From: Trypanosoma brucei
Taxonomy: Eukaryota
Reading direction: 5' to 3'
Assembly (NCBI GenBank): GCA_000002445.1
Contig: CM000207.1
Coordinates: 1,056,001-1,120,000 of the forward strand
DNA: 64,000 nucleotides
Position numbers and translations under genes: made by a program. Each line of letters starts with the position of its first letter. Within the stretch, counting starts at the first letter, position 1. The notes below the pieces were generated by a model, which was not told where the DNA came from, searched no databases, and worked only from the letters and a program-made list of their open reading frames with translations. Below are positions 42,646 to 53,592 of this stretch, one piece after another.

Positions 42646-43995
42646 ATGCGGTTACTTCTCGTGTTCCTCCTCGTGTTTCGAGAAGAACAACGTGCCGCTC
42701 TTGCGACCATCCGACAGTTTTCAATTACTTCTCATCGTTCTCACAGTGCTATTTTTCTCTTTTCCTTTTCCATTCTGCTTGCCAATGAGTATATTGTAGA
42801 CCGAGAGCACCAGTGGAGAGACCAAAGGGCAAGGCTTGTGCGACAGGAAGGAAGCAGTGGACTTCGGCGACATCACAGCGAACTGCAAATTATGTACTCT
42901 CCAAGTGAAGAAGCAGGTGCTTCCCCCGGAAATGGGCAGGACGAGAGGTTAACCTCACAACCTTTTGAAACTTCCAGGGTGCCTTCAATGACTCCCCGGA
43001 GTCTTTGGGCGAATAGCTCGAGAAGCGATGCGAGTGCGAAGCAGTTGGGAAAAAGCGGACAGTCGCTACGCTATCCTTCTCCACCACATGTACCACCTGA
43101 TGGACAGTTGGGAGCGGAGGAAGAAGTGGAACATGAGAAATACGTCTTGCAACTGCTGCAGAGGGCGTCGCGGACCATCAAGGATGAGCGTGCTCACTCA
43201 CTTTCGCTAAAGAAGGAGCTCGACGAACTAAAGCAGCTGGGTGTGACTCCTGGTGGAGTGGAGAAGCTGCAGAAGGAGAACAGATCTCTCAAGGACAGAC
43301 TGACTTTTCTTTGCGGGGGACTAAGTCAAGGAAACTTATTCAGTGTACCGGGTCAGCATTTAGAGGGTGGCAAGCATTACCGATGGAGAAGGGACCAACG
43401 ACCGCTAAAACACACTCCTGTGAGTGCGCGCGTTGACAACACGACACCAGTCCGGACGTTGTTTGGTGTCTCGCCAATGCGTCGCGATTTTGCAAGAGGT
43501 GGGACAGAATCCTGCAGTGGTACGTGGCGTTCTGCGAGTTCGTGTCACACATCACGGCGGGTTTCGGCCCGTGGGCGGTGTGGACTGCGAAGGCGGCTCA
43601 GCGTGGGGAGTACTGGGGCATTAACTGCTCTGTGGGCAGCCGCACCATTGGAAACGAGGGCGGTGAAATACACTGTGGGAATGATCGCACATCTTCGTCG
43701 CGCCATGGCACCATTACCGGCGAAGGAACAGGTTGGAGAGGTAATCCATGCAATGGTACAGGAAATTCTCCGAGAGGCTCGACAGCGCGGCACAGGTCTT
43801 AAGATGAAGCGACAAAAGCCATGTGTCTATGAGTGTACATACTCACCAAAACGAGAAAGGAAAATAGGATGTACTGTCACGCGAGTGGTTCATCTATCCA
43901 TAGACAGCGGCCGACTAACCGTAAAGGTTGGTGGAGGTCACGTGAATTTCTTAGATTTCCTGGAGCGGTATTGCAACTGCCGTTTCGCACGATAG
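42646..43995 (+). CDS. Hypothetical protein, about 449 aa from the first ATG, with a possible N-terminal hydrophobic segment
   Basis: The track ORF 42562..43995 begins at a GTG and overlaps the upstream gene. The first in-frame ATG is at 42646 ('MRLLLVFLLVF…'). The central region is helical and charged ('LKKELDELKQLGV…LQKENRSLKDRL'). Confidence 0.35.
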   Translation: MRLLLVFLLVFREEQRAALATIRQFSITSHRSHSAIFLFSFSILLANEYIVDREHQWRDQRARLVRQEGSSGLRRHHSELQIMYSPSEEAGASPGNGQDERLTSQPFETSRVPSMTPRSLWANSSRSDASAKQLGKSGQSLRYPSPPHVPPDGQLGAEEEVEHEKYVLQLLQRASRTIKDERAHSLSLKKELDELKQLGVTPGGVEKLQKENRSLKDRLTFLCGGLSQGNLFSVPGQHLEGGKHYRWRRDQRPLKHTPVSARVDNTTPVRTLFGVSPMRRDFARGGTESCSGTWRSASSCHTSRRVSARGRCGLRRRLSVGSTGALTALWAAAPLETRAVKYTVGMIAHLRRAMAPLPAKEQVGEVIHAMVQEILREARQRGTGLKMKRQKPCVYECTYSPKRERKIGCTVTRVVHLSIDSGRLTVKVGGGHVNFLDFLERYCNCRFAR

Positions 43996-44393
43996 ACATT
44001 GATACCATAGAAAAGGGTCGCACGGTCATGCGTTCCCTGTTCGATGATAGATAGATATACTGATGCATATAGCACCTTGTTCGCCCGTTTGTTGTCGATG
44101 AGGTTGGAAGGCGGTGCTTAAATACTTTTTCTTCATTATGTTATATTCGGAGTTAACTGCTACATCACGCGCACCCGTCCGGAGTCGCGGATCTTCTCCT
44201 CCCCTCTGCGGTACTTGGTGTGTGTTGATCTGTCCCCACAAGCGGGAGCTCCCGATCTTTCTCTCTTCAACTTTCTCTGAAAACAACAAGGACGAGCTTA
44301 GGAAGAGGAAAGAAACTCCACTTTTTCGTTTCGCGGAGTGACGTGGGGGAAAACGCTTACACTCCTGTACGCGTCAAACGGAACGAGTGACAA

Positions 44394-45134
44394 ATGGCAT
44401 CCAACGGTTTGGCGGAATCCAGTGAAGGCTCTCTGCCTGACGACCTGTGGTTGATCATTGGATTAGGGGGGAGTGGCGCGTTGCTGATCCTCCTCATCCC
44501 TGTGGTGTTTTTGGCCCGGCACTTCTGTGACCGGCGCCATTTCATCTCTGCCGCACCTTTACCTTCCCAAAATCACTTGCCATCGTCCAAAATTCGACTG
44601 AGGAGCAACAGTGCCCCGCCGGCCTCACTTGCTGCCTTATGCGGGCAATCGGGGTCGTATGCCGGTTTCGGCATCGGTGCAACGTCTGCGGGTGGTGGGG
44701 TGTACAACGAAGCAGTGCCTCATAACGGCCCCACGAACACCAACTGCTTCAATTCCGGTACACTCGGTGCAGCGTATAACCCTTCGACACCATCGGGGTG
44801 GGAGGCTGAAGCGGGGCGAAGCTTTACGACCCTTTCCATAGGTCTCAGTGCCCCCCAACCCACTTGGAGTGACACCACTGGGGAACGGCAGCACCCGCCT
44901 GCCACCCCGGTGGGAGACACTTCGCAGTTAGGTTACAACCCGCTAGCAGTTACGAAAGAAGCGCATCTTTTTCAATCCCATCCAAATGTTCCACAGGAGT
45001 GTGGAGGGCCTCCTCAGGAGAGTGCGGACCCCGCACAGCCGTCACCTCAATGTACCACAGAGGATGCGGAACCTCAGCCTTGTCTTAGACGCCGAAATTC
45101 TCGCGTCTCGTTCGTAGGTGAATTCCGTGCATAG
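44394..45134 (+). CDS. Hypothetical single-pass membrane protein, 246 aa
   Basis: ATG at 44394. 'LWLIIGLGGSGALLILLIPVVFLARHF' is a TM helix. The remainder is a Pro/Ser/Gly-rich low-complexity tail. Confidence 0.45.
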   Translation: MASNGLAESSEGSLPDDLWLIIGLGGSGALLILLIPVVFLARHFCDRRHFISAAPLPSQNHLPSSKIRLRSNSAPPASLAALCGQSGSYAGFGIGATSAGGGVYNEAVPHNGPTNTNCFNSGTLGAAYNPSTPSGWEAEAGRSFTTLSIGLSAPQPTWSDTTGERQHPPATPVGDTSQLGYNPLAVTKEAHLFQSHPNVPQECGGPPQESADPAQPSPQCTTEDAEPQPCLRRRNSRVSFVGEFRA

Positions 45135-45251
45135 TTATCGATTTTAGGGTGACTCGACGCAGAAGGAAGATCAGGGGATTGAAAGAACCGAGAGTGCGCA
45201 AGCATATGGGCATTTGTATACTTTCGTATGTCGTATGCCCGTATATAAACA

Positions 45252-45271
45252 ATATATATATATATATATAT
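45252..45271. repeat. (AT)10 microsatellite
   Basis: Direct reading 'atatatatatatatatatat'. Confidence 0.85.
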
Positions 45272-46423
45272 CACAGTTGTGTGCATGTATGTTTGCATTT
45301 TTTCCGCCAAAGTATTTGGCGCATTTTACTATCATTGTATTGTAGGAACCGCTTAGGGATGTAGCGATAAAAGTCGAACCAGTCGCTCGTTGTATCTCTC
45401 TGCGACCATCATCGCTGTTTCACCTGCACCCTTTTCCCTCTCTGTACTTTTCATTACCATTTCCACTATTTAACAGTTTTGTTTTGGTTTCACTGCGTTT
45501 TTGTTCACCCTATTCATGCTCATGTCTCTGGGGATTTTGTTGTTATCGTTTCCCTCACCATTTCCCCTCTGAGGTGATGCTTGGGTGAAGGATGAAATTA
45601 AATTTCATCCACTCGGCCACTTCATGCACAGTTGCTCGAACAGCATCCACGCCTAGTGGGGAGAATGAGACTCCCGCATATTTGGTTTAGTCGCCTGACG
45701 CGGTTGTAGTAATTTTTTAAAATATTCACCATTATACTGTAATTTTTACGTTGCCTCCCCCCTTTCATTTTGTGGCGAAATCGTTTGCCATTGTGTTCTT
45801 TCCCTATTTTTTTTTTTTTTTGGTCGAGGGGAGAGTTCCCCAGACTCCAGTTGTTTTTCTCTACAAAAAATAACGACGCAAGGGCATAGTAACGTCCCCT
45901 AAGTTTGAAAACGAAAGGTGTGTTGAGTTGTGTGTAAATTCACCCATCCATACACCTCCTTTTTTACTTCATCTTTTTAATTTTACTTCGTGCATTCACC
46001 CTAACATCGATGTATCCGTGAAAAAAAGTAAAAAATAAAATAAAATAAAACCAAGGTTGTTTGCTCATTAGTTGCACGTGCCTGAAAAAGTGGTTCTTTT
46101 CTCGTTTGTTTTCCTAATTTCTTCCCTTTCCTCTTTTCTCTTAAAGTTTATGTGAATAATGAGTTGACTAACTAACAATCAAAAGCGCTGCATGTACGTA
46201 ACTGTAGAATGTATGTGTGTGTATGTGTATGGGGAAGGGGGCTCATACATTTAAACCATCGGAAAGGTCGGAAGTTAATATGCACCAGCTAAAAGAAAGG
46301 CGACAAGGCTAGAATAAAGACGGAGGATGCACACAAAACGGATAAAGCAAGTGGGGAACCAAATGTTGTTTTCAAACGCCTCTACCTTTCTTTGACGCAT
46401 TCTCACCAAAGACCGTTGCATCA

Positions 46424-46951
46424 TTTCCACAGTTCGGCACTTGCCTCACCAATGTGTCAGCGTCGAGCACCTTGCCTAGAACTCAGAAAAAGAGCCAACC
46501 TCCTTCTTTTTGTTATATCGAAACGGCATCGACAAATAACATAAGTCGGGTAAAGTAACCTCGCGCACGCATCCTTTCGAATATAAATGCATGCAAATGT
46601 GTTTTGTTGTTGCTTATCAATAAGAACCCAAATGCCATTTCCTAAAGAGACTAACGGAATGCGGGTGGTCGTTCATCGGATAGCGAGGCATTGTTACTTC
46701 GTAAATATGATTGTTGAGGACGCAGTAACTCCTTTATTTTCTCCTCCATCAGAAGTAAAACGCACGTACGTGAGGGTTTTGGAAAGTGGAATGACCATTT
46801 CTCCATGGTTACCGGCATATTGGAATGACACGAATGGACTTGCATCTAGTAAGCGACTGAAGTTTTGGCGGTGCAGTGCCACGCGCGGAAGTTGAATGTT
46901 CAGTGGGAAAAAGAAATGCCTCAACTTTCATCGTGTACTGGCAAGTGAGAA
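46424..46951 (+). repeat. Copy B of the same ~520-bp repeat. It carries the 102-aa ORF 46587..46895 that mirrors 14419..14727(-).
   Basis: About 98% identical to the reverse complement of copy A. The ORF-track proteins from the two copies differ at 2-3 residues only. Confidence 0.85.
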
Positions 46952-47277
46952 GTGTAAACATATTTTCTCATTTCATTCCTTTCCGTTGTGGTGTTGTGAC
47001 AATGAGGTGCCTTCCCTTATGGGGGCGGCACACACGTCTGCGTCGGTTTTAAAGTTCAATAACAGGTCATAGCACACACCAGTGGTGTGATTGTTGCTTG
47101 TGCCCATACCTTCTCTTCCTACGCTTTCCCTTTACTTTCCTCACTGCTTCATTTTTCTTCCCGTTTTTAAAGAAAAAATATTAATCGTTTCTGACACGTA
47201 TCCACACTCCTCTGCACGTGTGTATTTGTGTTTCTGCTTGAAGAAGTTAACGTTGCACTAAGAGACAGGAACAAGTG

Positions 47278-48165
47278 ATGGAGGGAAGCACTGCGCATCG
47301 GGGAGACAGTTTAGAGCTCCAACCGCTGATATTTAATGGCCCTGTTCCTAAACCACATCCGCCCTGCACTGATCCCACACCGGATGAGCAGTACCGCATG
47401 GCTTCTGAAGAGCAATTGAAAAAAATGGAAAAGAAGGACCAAAAAGCACCTCCTCCTGAGGAACAACCAGCGCCTGAGGGGGGAACTAAGGGCTCGAAGA
47501 TGTCTTCACTATTTTCAGGCGCCACCCGCAATATATGCAGCATTGCACATCAGGTGTCGAGTACAGTGGAGAGAGCTGCTGTAAAGGCATCAAATGCAAC
47601 AGGAAACAAAATGCGAGAAATTAACGAGCGGATGAACCACAGTTGGTTCAAGGAAAACTTCCCGCACTTAAGGGCACAAGGCGAGACACTCGTGGCGGAT
47701 TATCCTTGCTCCGCTATCCACGGACCAGGTTATGTTCATGGACGTGTTTATATCACAGCGAACAACCTTTGCTTCAGCACGGGTACGTCCTCTACGTTTC
47801 AGCGAACGAAAGACGTACTGAAGGCGGCTGCTTTTTCAGGGGATGGCAACGAACCAATCATACGGCAAATTATTCCCTTGGCAGATATTGCAAGTATTCA
47901 GCTCTCTGTTCACTTGGAGACAGCGAATAAGGGACCTCCATACTTCATGCTTCTCCCCGCTGAGGTGGTAATTCCAACCTGCCTTCAAGTATTCACCAGG
48001 CGGCAACAAGTGTTTCAGTTCTTCAGCTTCGGGAATCGCGATAAGACAGATTCACTGTCAGACACTTTGAAGGGGAAGCCGGTGGAGCAAGCTTACAATT
48101 ATATTGATCATGTATGGCGTGCTGCCACAACAGTTCCACTGCCGGGTGTTCAGTACACTCAGTAA
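47278..48165 (+). CDS. GRAM-domain-containing protein, 295 aa
   Basis: ATG at 47278; the track's start is a GTG at 47275. 'FKENFPHLRAQGETLVADYPCSAIHGPGYVHGRVYITANNLCFSTG…IIPLADIASIQ' follows the GRAM pattern (F…F…E.L…Y.CAL……G.LYIS.N.ICF.S ……IP…I.SI). Confidence 0.5.
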   Translation: MEGSTAHRGDSLELQPLIFNGPVPKPHPPCTDPTPDEQYRMASEEQLKKMEKKDQKAPPPEEQPAPEGGTKGSKMSSLFSGATRNICSIAHQVSSTVERAAVKASNATGNKMREINERMNHSWFKENFPHLRAQGETLVADYPCSAIHGPGYVHGRVYITANNLCFSTGTSSTFQRTKDVLKAAAFSGDGNEPIIRQIIPLADIASIQLSVHLETANKGPPYFMLLPAEVVIPTCLQVFTRRQQVFQFFSFGNRDKTDSLSDTLKGKPVEQAYNYIDHVWRAATTVPLPGVQYTQ

Positions 48166-49280
48166 ATATGTGAACTTAGGAAGGACAAGGATGGTCGTTG
48201 AATGGGAAGAACAACATGGAAAAAAGAAATGAAGGATAGGGTGTAAATGATGTTCTTTCCCCTACGGCTAATCTGCTTTGGCGTAACTCTCTGGAGAGCG
48301 CTTGTAGACAAAACAAAACGAAAAAGTATTGGAAAAGGTTTGTCCGAAGGAACAAGGTCGCGATATGTAGGTTCCCGCGTTCAACTTAAGGTTTGCACAA
48401 CACAAAATCGATTTTCGAAGAAAAAAAAATGCTCGCACGGTGTGAAAGAGAATGGAGCGAAGATACTGAAGAAAGGGGAAAAGGGGCTTCGGTACCGTGG
48501 AGAACACTGCTTTACTTATTTTTGTATTTTCCGTTTGCTTTCACACCTATGTTTGCGATCTTGGTCCCATACATGAATTACGAGGGCATCTGCTGAGGAA
48601 ACTCTGTCTATTGTTGGGAATGGGAAATGCACGCATAACGCATGTTTCCTTTACAACAACTACTCGCTTTACTACCTCTCTACTTTCGCTTGGTAACAAT
48701 TTTTAAAATTTTACGTGTAATTGAATCTCGCACATCTTTCCTTTTTTTTATCGCACTTTTCTTCAACTGTCTCACGTCTATACAGGAATTACCGTTGCGT
48801 TGCGGTTGGTGTGTGCGTGGGTGGCGGACTACTCGCCGCCCTCCATTAGTCGCTGCGAGAAGAAAAGTTGTTATTTTAGTTCTAAAGAAACTTTTGAAAA
48901 GGGGTGAGGGCGAAAGAGTAGAGAAAGTGCGGATGAGCGGGGATGTGATGTGTGGGTTTAGACTGCAAATGGGCGGAAGGAAGTTTAATTCAAGTGCATT
49001 TTATATTATGGTGTTGGGTACGTTGTGTGTGTACCTCCCCTCGGATGGGTCGTTAACTTGGAAAGCGCTCTAATGCCTTTGACAGCATGGCAGGGGGAGG
49101 TCCACTGAACCGAAAAGGTACTCACGACGTAGCGGTTCCTTCTTTTTAAATCCGATTACCCAAAATATGACGTCACACAAAACAATGTGGATGTGCTACT
49201 TTATGGCGGAGTACGGTCTGTTCAATGAGGAGTAAAATTGTTGTGACCGTAATTTTAACACTACCGGGGCCGGAGACAGA

Positions 49281-49295
49281 TACACACATACATAT

Positions 49296-49335
<40 letters not shown>
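49281..49335. repeat. Compound (CA)n/(TA)n microsatellite
   Basis: 'tacacacatacatatacacacacacatatatatatatatatatatatatatatat' lies immediately upstream of the pseudouridine-synthase gene. Confidence 0.9.
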
Positions 49336-49338
<3 letters not shown>

Positions 49339-49567
49339 ACTTGTGCCCCAATTCTAAAATATGAAATCTTATTATTCAAATGTAAATTATAATGTTTGCT
49401 CACAGTTAGTGGTGTCACAGGTGGCTAACCGCCGTGGCTGAAGGGAGGGGGAACGTAGTTTGCTGCCACACGCCATATATACGTGAAATGCTATGGGTTC
49501 CCTGTGTTTGTGTCTTGATTTGCATTCCCTTATCATTTTGATTAACCACAAAGGCTGTAACGTAAAC

Positions 49568-52500
49568 ATGTCAGTCGGCAAGGTCGCTATGGTGGGTGGC
49601 GGTGGAAGAGTTACTGTTCCGCGAAAATACTTCCGCGCCGCGGTTCGTGGTCTTCAGCACGTCCCGTGGTGGTGTCAAAGCGACGCACGGACCTCAGCCA
49701 CCGGCAAGCATCCGCTAGACGAAGCTCTGAAGTGTGCGGCAACTTTTCAGAGCAGATCATTGAAGCAGTGGGAAGATGCATTGTCTGTTTCCAGTCCTTA
49801 CCGAAGCACCGACCACCTTGCGGCAGGTAAAGCGGTAGTAACAGCACCCGGCACTACCATAACTCTGCAGAGCCTCGCTGATTATGACGGTGGCGAAGCG
49901 GAGGACCAGGAGGAGTCGCACGAGGTGTCTGCGGCGTTTGTTGAAAAACAACAGGCAAAGTTGCACGCCATGTTGCAGCAATGGGTCGCCTACTGTGCAT
50001 TCCACTGTACACGCGCGGAGTTCGCTGCGAGGCAGTCGCTCGTGGCACAGCGACTTCTTCTCTCCCCTCTGGGAGTCTTGCCATCAAGTGCGCACCACCA
50101 AGTGGGTTCGGCTCGTTTGGAGAGGACTTTGCGGCGCCGTGGGGCCCGCGCTTACGTTGATTTGCTCGTTCACCACCAGCTACCCATGCAGCAAAAGCAA
50201 GAATGGGATGTATTGTGCTCGGTTTGGTCCTCCGTGGGGGAAGGACTCCGACGTCAGGGCCTCACCGCCTCTTCAGCAGCTTCCGTTGTAAGACTCCCCT
50301 TTACCCAAGAAGCAGTTGATGAACCGTCGTGGGAAAGAAGTTTGGCTGTATTATCGTGGGCAATGCACTTTAAAGGGGGAAATCAGTTCCATATACCCTC
50401 TTCTGACATTGCCATTGTTCTCCATCAGTACATCCAGAGCTTGGAGGATCGCGTGCAAGGGCCCAACCCTCAACAAATGCCCGTCACAGAGGAACAGGCC
50501 GTTATTCAGCAGCTTCAGCAGTGGTGGAACTCTGCGAGGGAAGCCGAGCAGCGCGACGCAGGGTTGGCGGCGGCATGTGGATTAGACCGTACGGCTTTTA
50601 ACTCAATCCATGTGGAAGGCCGGAAGGTAACCCTCTGTTTATCTGACAAGGAGTTGTCGAAAAGCACTGCTGCGTACGCAGAGTTGCTGTTGCAGGGAAG
50701 GTGGGAGGACGTTCTTGAGCACATTCGACTCGTGGCCACCAATGTCGCTTCCGGTCCTTTCAGTCGCGATAGAGGCGCGGATAGAAGGCAAGGTGACGAT
50801 TTATCCAACCAGCGAGCGGCTGCTGCAGGTGATTGTGACGATGACGAAGGGAAGGAGGAGATTGCACTGATTACGGACGGCGGTTTTGGTGATGTTTTCT
50901 TCAGCATTGGATCGAACGTAACTTCGTGTGGCTCGTCAACTACGGATGCGCTTGTCGCGTTGTTTAACACCCCACGTCCTGTATTTCTGAAAAGCAAAGT
51001 ATGGGCCCGGTCGTCTTCTTCCCCGCTGGGAAAACCACCGCGTGAGTACCTTCTAGCATTGGAGACACCACTTGAGACGGTGTTGCTCCAAAAGCCTCCA
51101 GTGGTTGGGCTTCGGACCCGTGCTTTTGCTACACGGAGTGACGGGGGCACAAGTGGGATAGGATTAATGGGTAAAGTGAGTTGCAGTGATTGTTCGGATA
51201 AGCAGTTGCAAGAGAGTGGGGAGTGTTTAAGGGCGACATCTGCCGCGCTGGTTGAGCTGCGTCGCAAGTTATGGATACTAAGGCAACTTCCCCGGCATCT
51301 TTCGCGTTCATTAGTCCGCTTTGAGGGTGCTGGTTCCTTCATGGTGCCTTATCTATTGCGGTGCCCCGCAAAGGAGCTCCTCCCTTGGTTTCTGCTTAGC
51401 AAAGTTGCCTCAGCACATTCCAGGCATCAGAACCAAGAGAAACTTGAGGAAGCTTTCCGTGACACCCGCTTGCATGTCCTTTATACACTTTTCTTACCGC
51501 ACGCTCATTACGCTGCGTTTCAAGAATACTGTGCAGACCTACTCCTGCAGGTGGGAAGTTTGATTGTACCACTAGATGTTCTTCGAGTGGCAGTACGAGT
51601 TCTTCTTCAACCTCCGTCGTTCGACCACTTCTACGATGTGTTGCAGGGTCGCCGTCTTCCAGTGGAAGTTGACTGCCGCCATTTATGGTCGCGTTCGGTG
51701 GAGTCGTCACATGTAGAGCGAGAGTCTGATTGCTCCACTTCACTGACGCCTTCGTGTTTGAGTCTTTTAAAAGAGTTACAGGGCGACGCTGCCAAGCGGC
51801 AGGCGTTCTTCGTTTGCAAGTCGCATAGCGCGCGTAACTACCACCTCTCTACTTGGATTGAAAGCTGCAGTAAAGTGGAGACGCTATCTGGACTTATAGG
51901 AATTATTGCCCGGGAGGTTAATCTTTATGGGCCGCCACTTCTGTCTCCAGAGGCTGCCGCTGCGCTGCTGACCGCCATTGTCATTCCCCATATTGGTGAA
52001 AGAGGGGGTGCGAAGTATGAAGGCTGTGAACAAGCGTCAGAAATCGGTAATGACACGTTGCGCATGCTAGGAGTTGCATACTTTGTACTACCCAGTGATA
52101 AGGCTTTTGGTGCCGCTCCGTACTTTAAGGGAACTTACAATGAGAAGTACATAATCGATGACGGGTTTGAGTGGACAACCGACTGGGATGGTGCTGAAGC
52201 ACTCCTTGTCGGTCGATCTCTTCGCCGGGTCACTAAATACCCTACCACAACAACAGAATCGTTCTTCCGTGTAGAGTGCTGCTCCACTCAGCAGATGGTA
52301 ACATACCGCGTGCCAAAGCTTCGCTTGCGACTTATGAAGGTTGACCTTGTTGAGGCAATACAATACTTTGAGTGCGGAGTCAAGCGAATCACGCAGGACG
52401 AAGGCGCAAACGACAAAATATGTGGAGAAACAGTGGTGGGCGCGGTAGGGAGACCCGCAGTTGTGGCGTACCACTTGCCTTTTGGCGTTGCAGCGGTTGA

Positions 52501-53332
52501 CAAACCTGCGGGTATGAGCACCACCCTTCATGTGGGGCACCCTCACTTGCTCGATTTTTTGGCAGGGAACCTCCCGTGGAAAGGACCTAGTGCGCCCGTG
52601 CTGTTTCAGCATGGACTTGTTAACCGTATCGACTTGGGTACTAGTGGATTAGTGCTCGTTGCGGATACAGAAGCCTCGCTTGAGGAGGCTCGCCGTGCGA
52701 GTATTGTGGAGCGTTGCGTGGAAAAGGTTTACCGGGCGCTTGTTTTGCATTGTCCCCCACCGATCTCCCGCATAGATACGTCAGAGTGTTGGTACCTCAA
52801 TCCATGTGGGATCATAATGTGCGACGTCCTTGCAAATGGCGCCGACTTTTCTCTTCAGATCGCTGCGTACAATTCCTCGAAGGGAGGCGCCTTGCCTGTA
52901 GGGGCGATGGATCGGCGGTCAGCCACAACAACATATCGTGTATTGCAGTACTTTCCGAGGAGTGGCGTCTATTACTTGGAAATTCATTTACACACGGGAC
53001 GTCGTCACCAGATCCGGCAGCACTTTGCTCGGTTATGTCATCCATTGTTGGGTGACGGCCGTTACAGTCGGCGAGCGCAGGTAGTGGGGGAGGAATTCGG
53101 TTTGCAGCGGCCTGCACTCCATGCAGTCCGTGTTACACTTACCCCACAACATGGAACATCTGCCAAACCACGGGGTGGCGTCGTGGCTCCGCGTGTGGGT
53201 GATGCCGATTACGATGAATATTGCGGCAACGGAGGGGGAAAGACCGTAGTGGAGTGCCCAGTTCCGGAGGACATGCGGCTGACTCTAAAAATGTTGCGGG
53301 AGCGTGAGGACCCGGTAGGGTTGGGTGCTTAA
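49568..53332 (+). CDS. Giant RluA-family pseudouridine synthase, ~1254 aa. The catalytic domain is C-terminal, after an ~800-aa N-terminal extension of unknown function.
   Basis: There is an in-frame ATG at 49493 and another at 49568 (MSVGKVAMVGGGGRVTVPRKYFRAAVRGL…, an Arg-rich presequence-like N-terminus). The choice between them is uncertain. The C-terminal region has the motifs 'HGLVNRIDLGTSGLVLVA' (motif II, with the catalytic Asp) and 'HLHTGRRHQIRQHFARLCHPLLGDGRY' (motif III, HTGRTHQIR…GDxxYG). Confidence 0.7.
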   Translation: MSVGKVAMVGGGGRVTVPRKYFRAAVRGLQHVPWWCQSDARTSATGKHPLDEALKCAATFQSRSLKQWEDALSVSSPYRSTDHLAAGKAVVTAPGTTITLQSLADYDGGEAEDQEESHEVSAAFVEKQQAKLHAMLQQWVAYCAFHCTRAEFAARQSLVAQRLLLSPLGVLPSSAHHQVGSARLERTLRRRGARAYVDLLVHHQLPMQQKQEWDVLCSVWSSVGEGLRRQGLTASSAASVVRLPFTQEAVDEPSWERSLAVLSWAMHFKGGNQFHIPSSDIAIVLHQYIQSLEDRVQGPNPQQMPVTEEQAVIQQLQQWWNSAREAEQRDAGLAAACGLDRTAFNSIHVEGRKVTLCLSDKELSKSTAAYAELLLQGRWEDVLEHIRLVATNVASGPFSRDRGADRRQGDDLSNQRAAAAGDCDDDEGKEEIALITDGGFGDVFFSIGSNVTSCGSSTTDALVALFNTPRPVFLKSKVWARSSSSPLGKPPREYLLALETPLETVLLQKPPVVGLRTRAFATRSDGGTSGIGLMGKVSCSDCSDKQLQESGECLRATSAALVELRRKLWILRQLPRHLSRSLVRFEGAGSFMVPYLLRCPAKELLPWFLLSKVASAHSRHQNQEKLEEAFRDTRLHVLYTLFLPHAHYAAFQEYCADLLLQVGSLIVPLDVLRVAVRVLLQPPSFDHFYDVLQGRRLPVEVDCRHLWSRSVESSHVERESDCSTSLTPSCLSLLKELQGDAAKRQAFFVCKSHSARNYHLSTWIESCSKVETLSGLIGIIAREVNLYGPPLLSPEAAAALLTAIVIPHIGERGGAKYEGCEQASEIGNDTLRMLGVAYFVLPSDKAFGAAPYFKGTYNEKYIIDDGFEWTTDWDGAEALLVGRSLRRVTKYPTTTTESFFRVECCSTQQMVTYRVPKLRLRLMKVDLVEAIQYFECGVKRITQDEGANDKICGETVVGAVGRPAVVAYHLPFGVAAVDKPAGMSTTLHVGHPHLLDFLAGNLPWKGPSAPVLFQHGLVNRIDLGTSGLVLVADTEASLEEARRASIVERCVEKVYRALVLHCPPPISRIDTSECWYLNPCGIIMCDVLANGADFSLQIAAYNSSKGGALPVGAMDRRSATTTYRVLQYFPRSGVYYLEIHLHTGRRHQIRQHFARLCHPLLGDGRYSRRAQVVGEEFGLQRPALHAVRVTLTPQHGTSAKPRGGVVAPRVGDADYDEYCGNGGGKTVVECPVPEDMRLTLKMLREREDPVGLGA

Positions 53333-53592
53333 TTACTGCTTCTCTACGCCGTCAGAAATTCAGCAGGGACGCTTGCCTATCCAGATACATGCGCACGTAA
53401 TTATTTTAACATGCCCTCTTCTTTGTTTTGTTTTTTTCTTTGCATAAGGGAATTAAATTTCAATTTAGGATTTCATTTATGAGACTCCCTTGATCCCTCA
53501 AGGAGTTTTTGCTTCCAAATTTATCTGTTATTCGAATAAGGAAGGCTAAATATAGTTGACATCCAGATTGTTCTCACACGGAGCCGCAGTGC

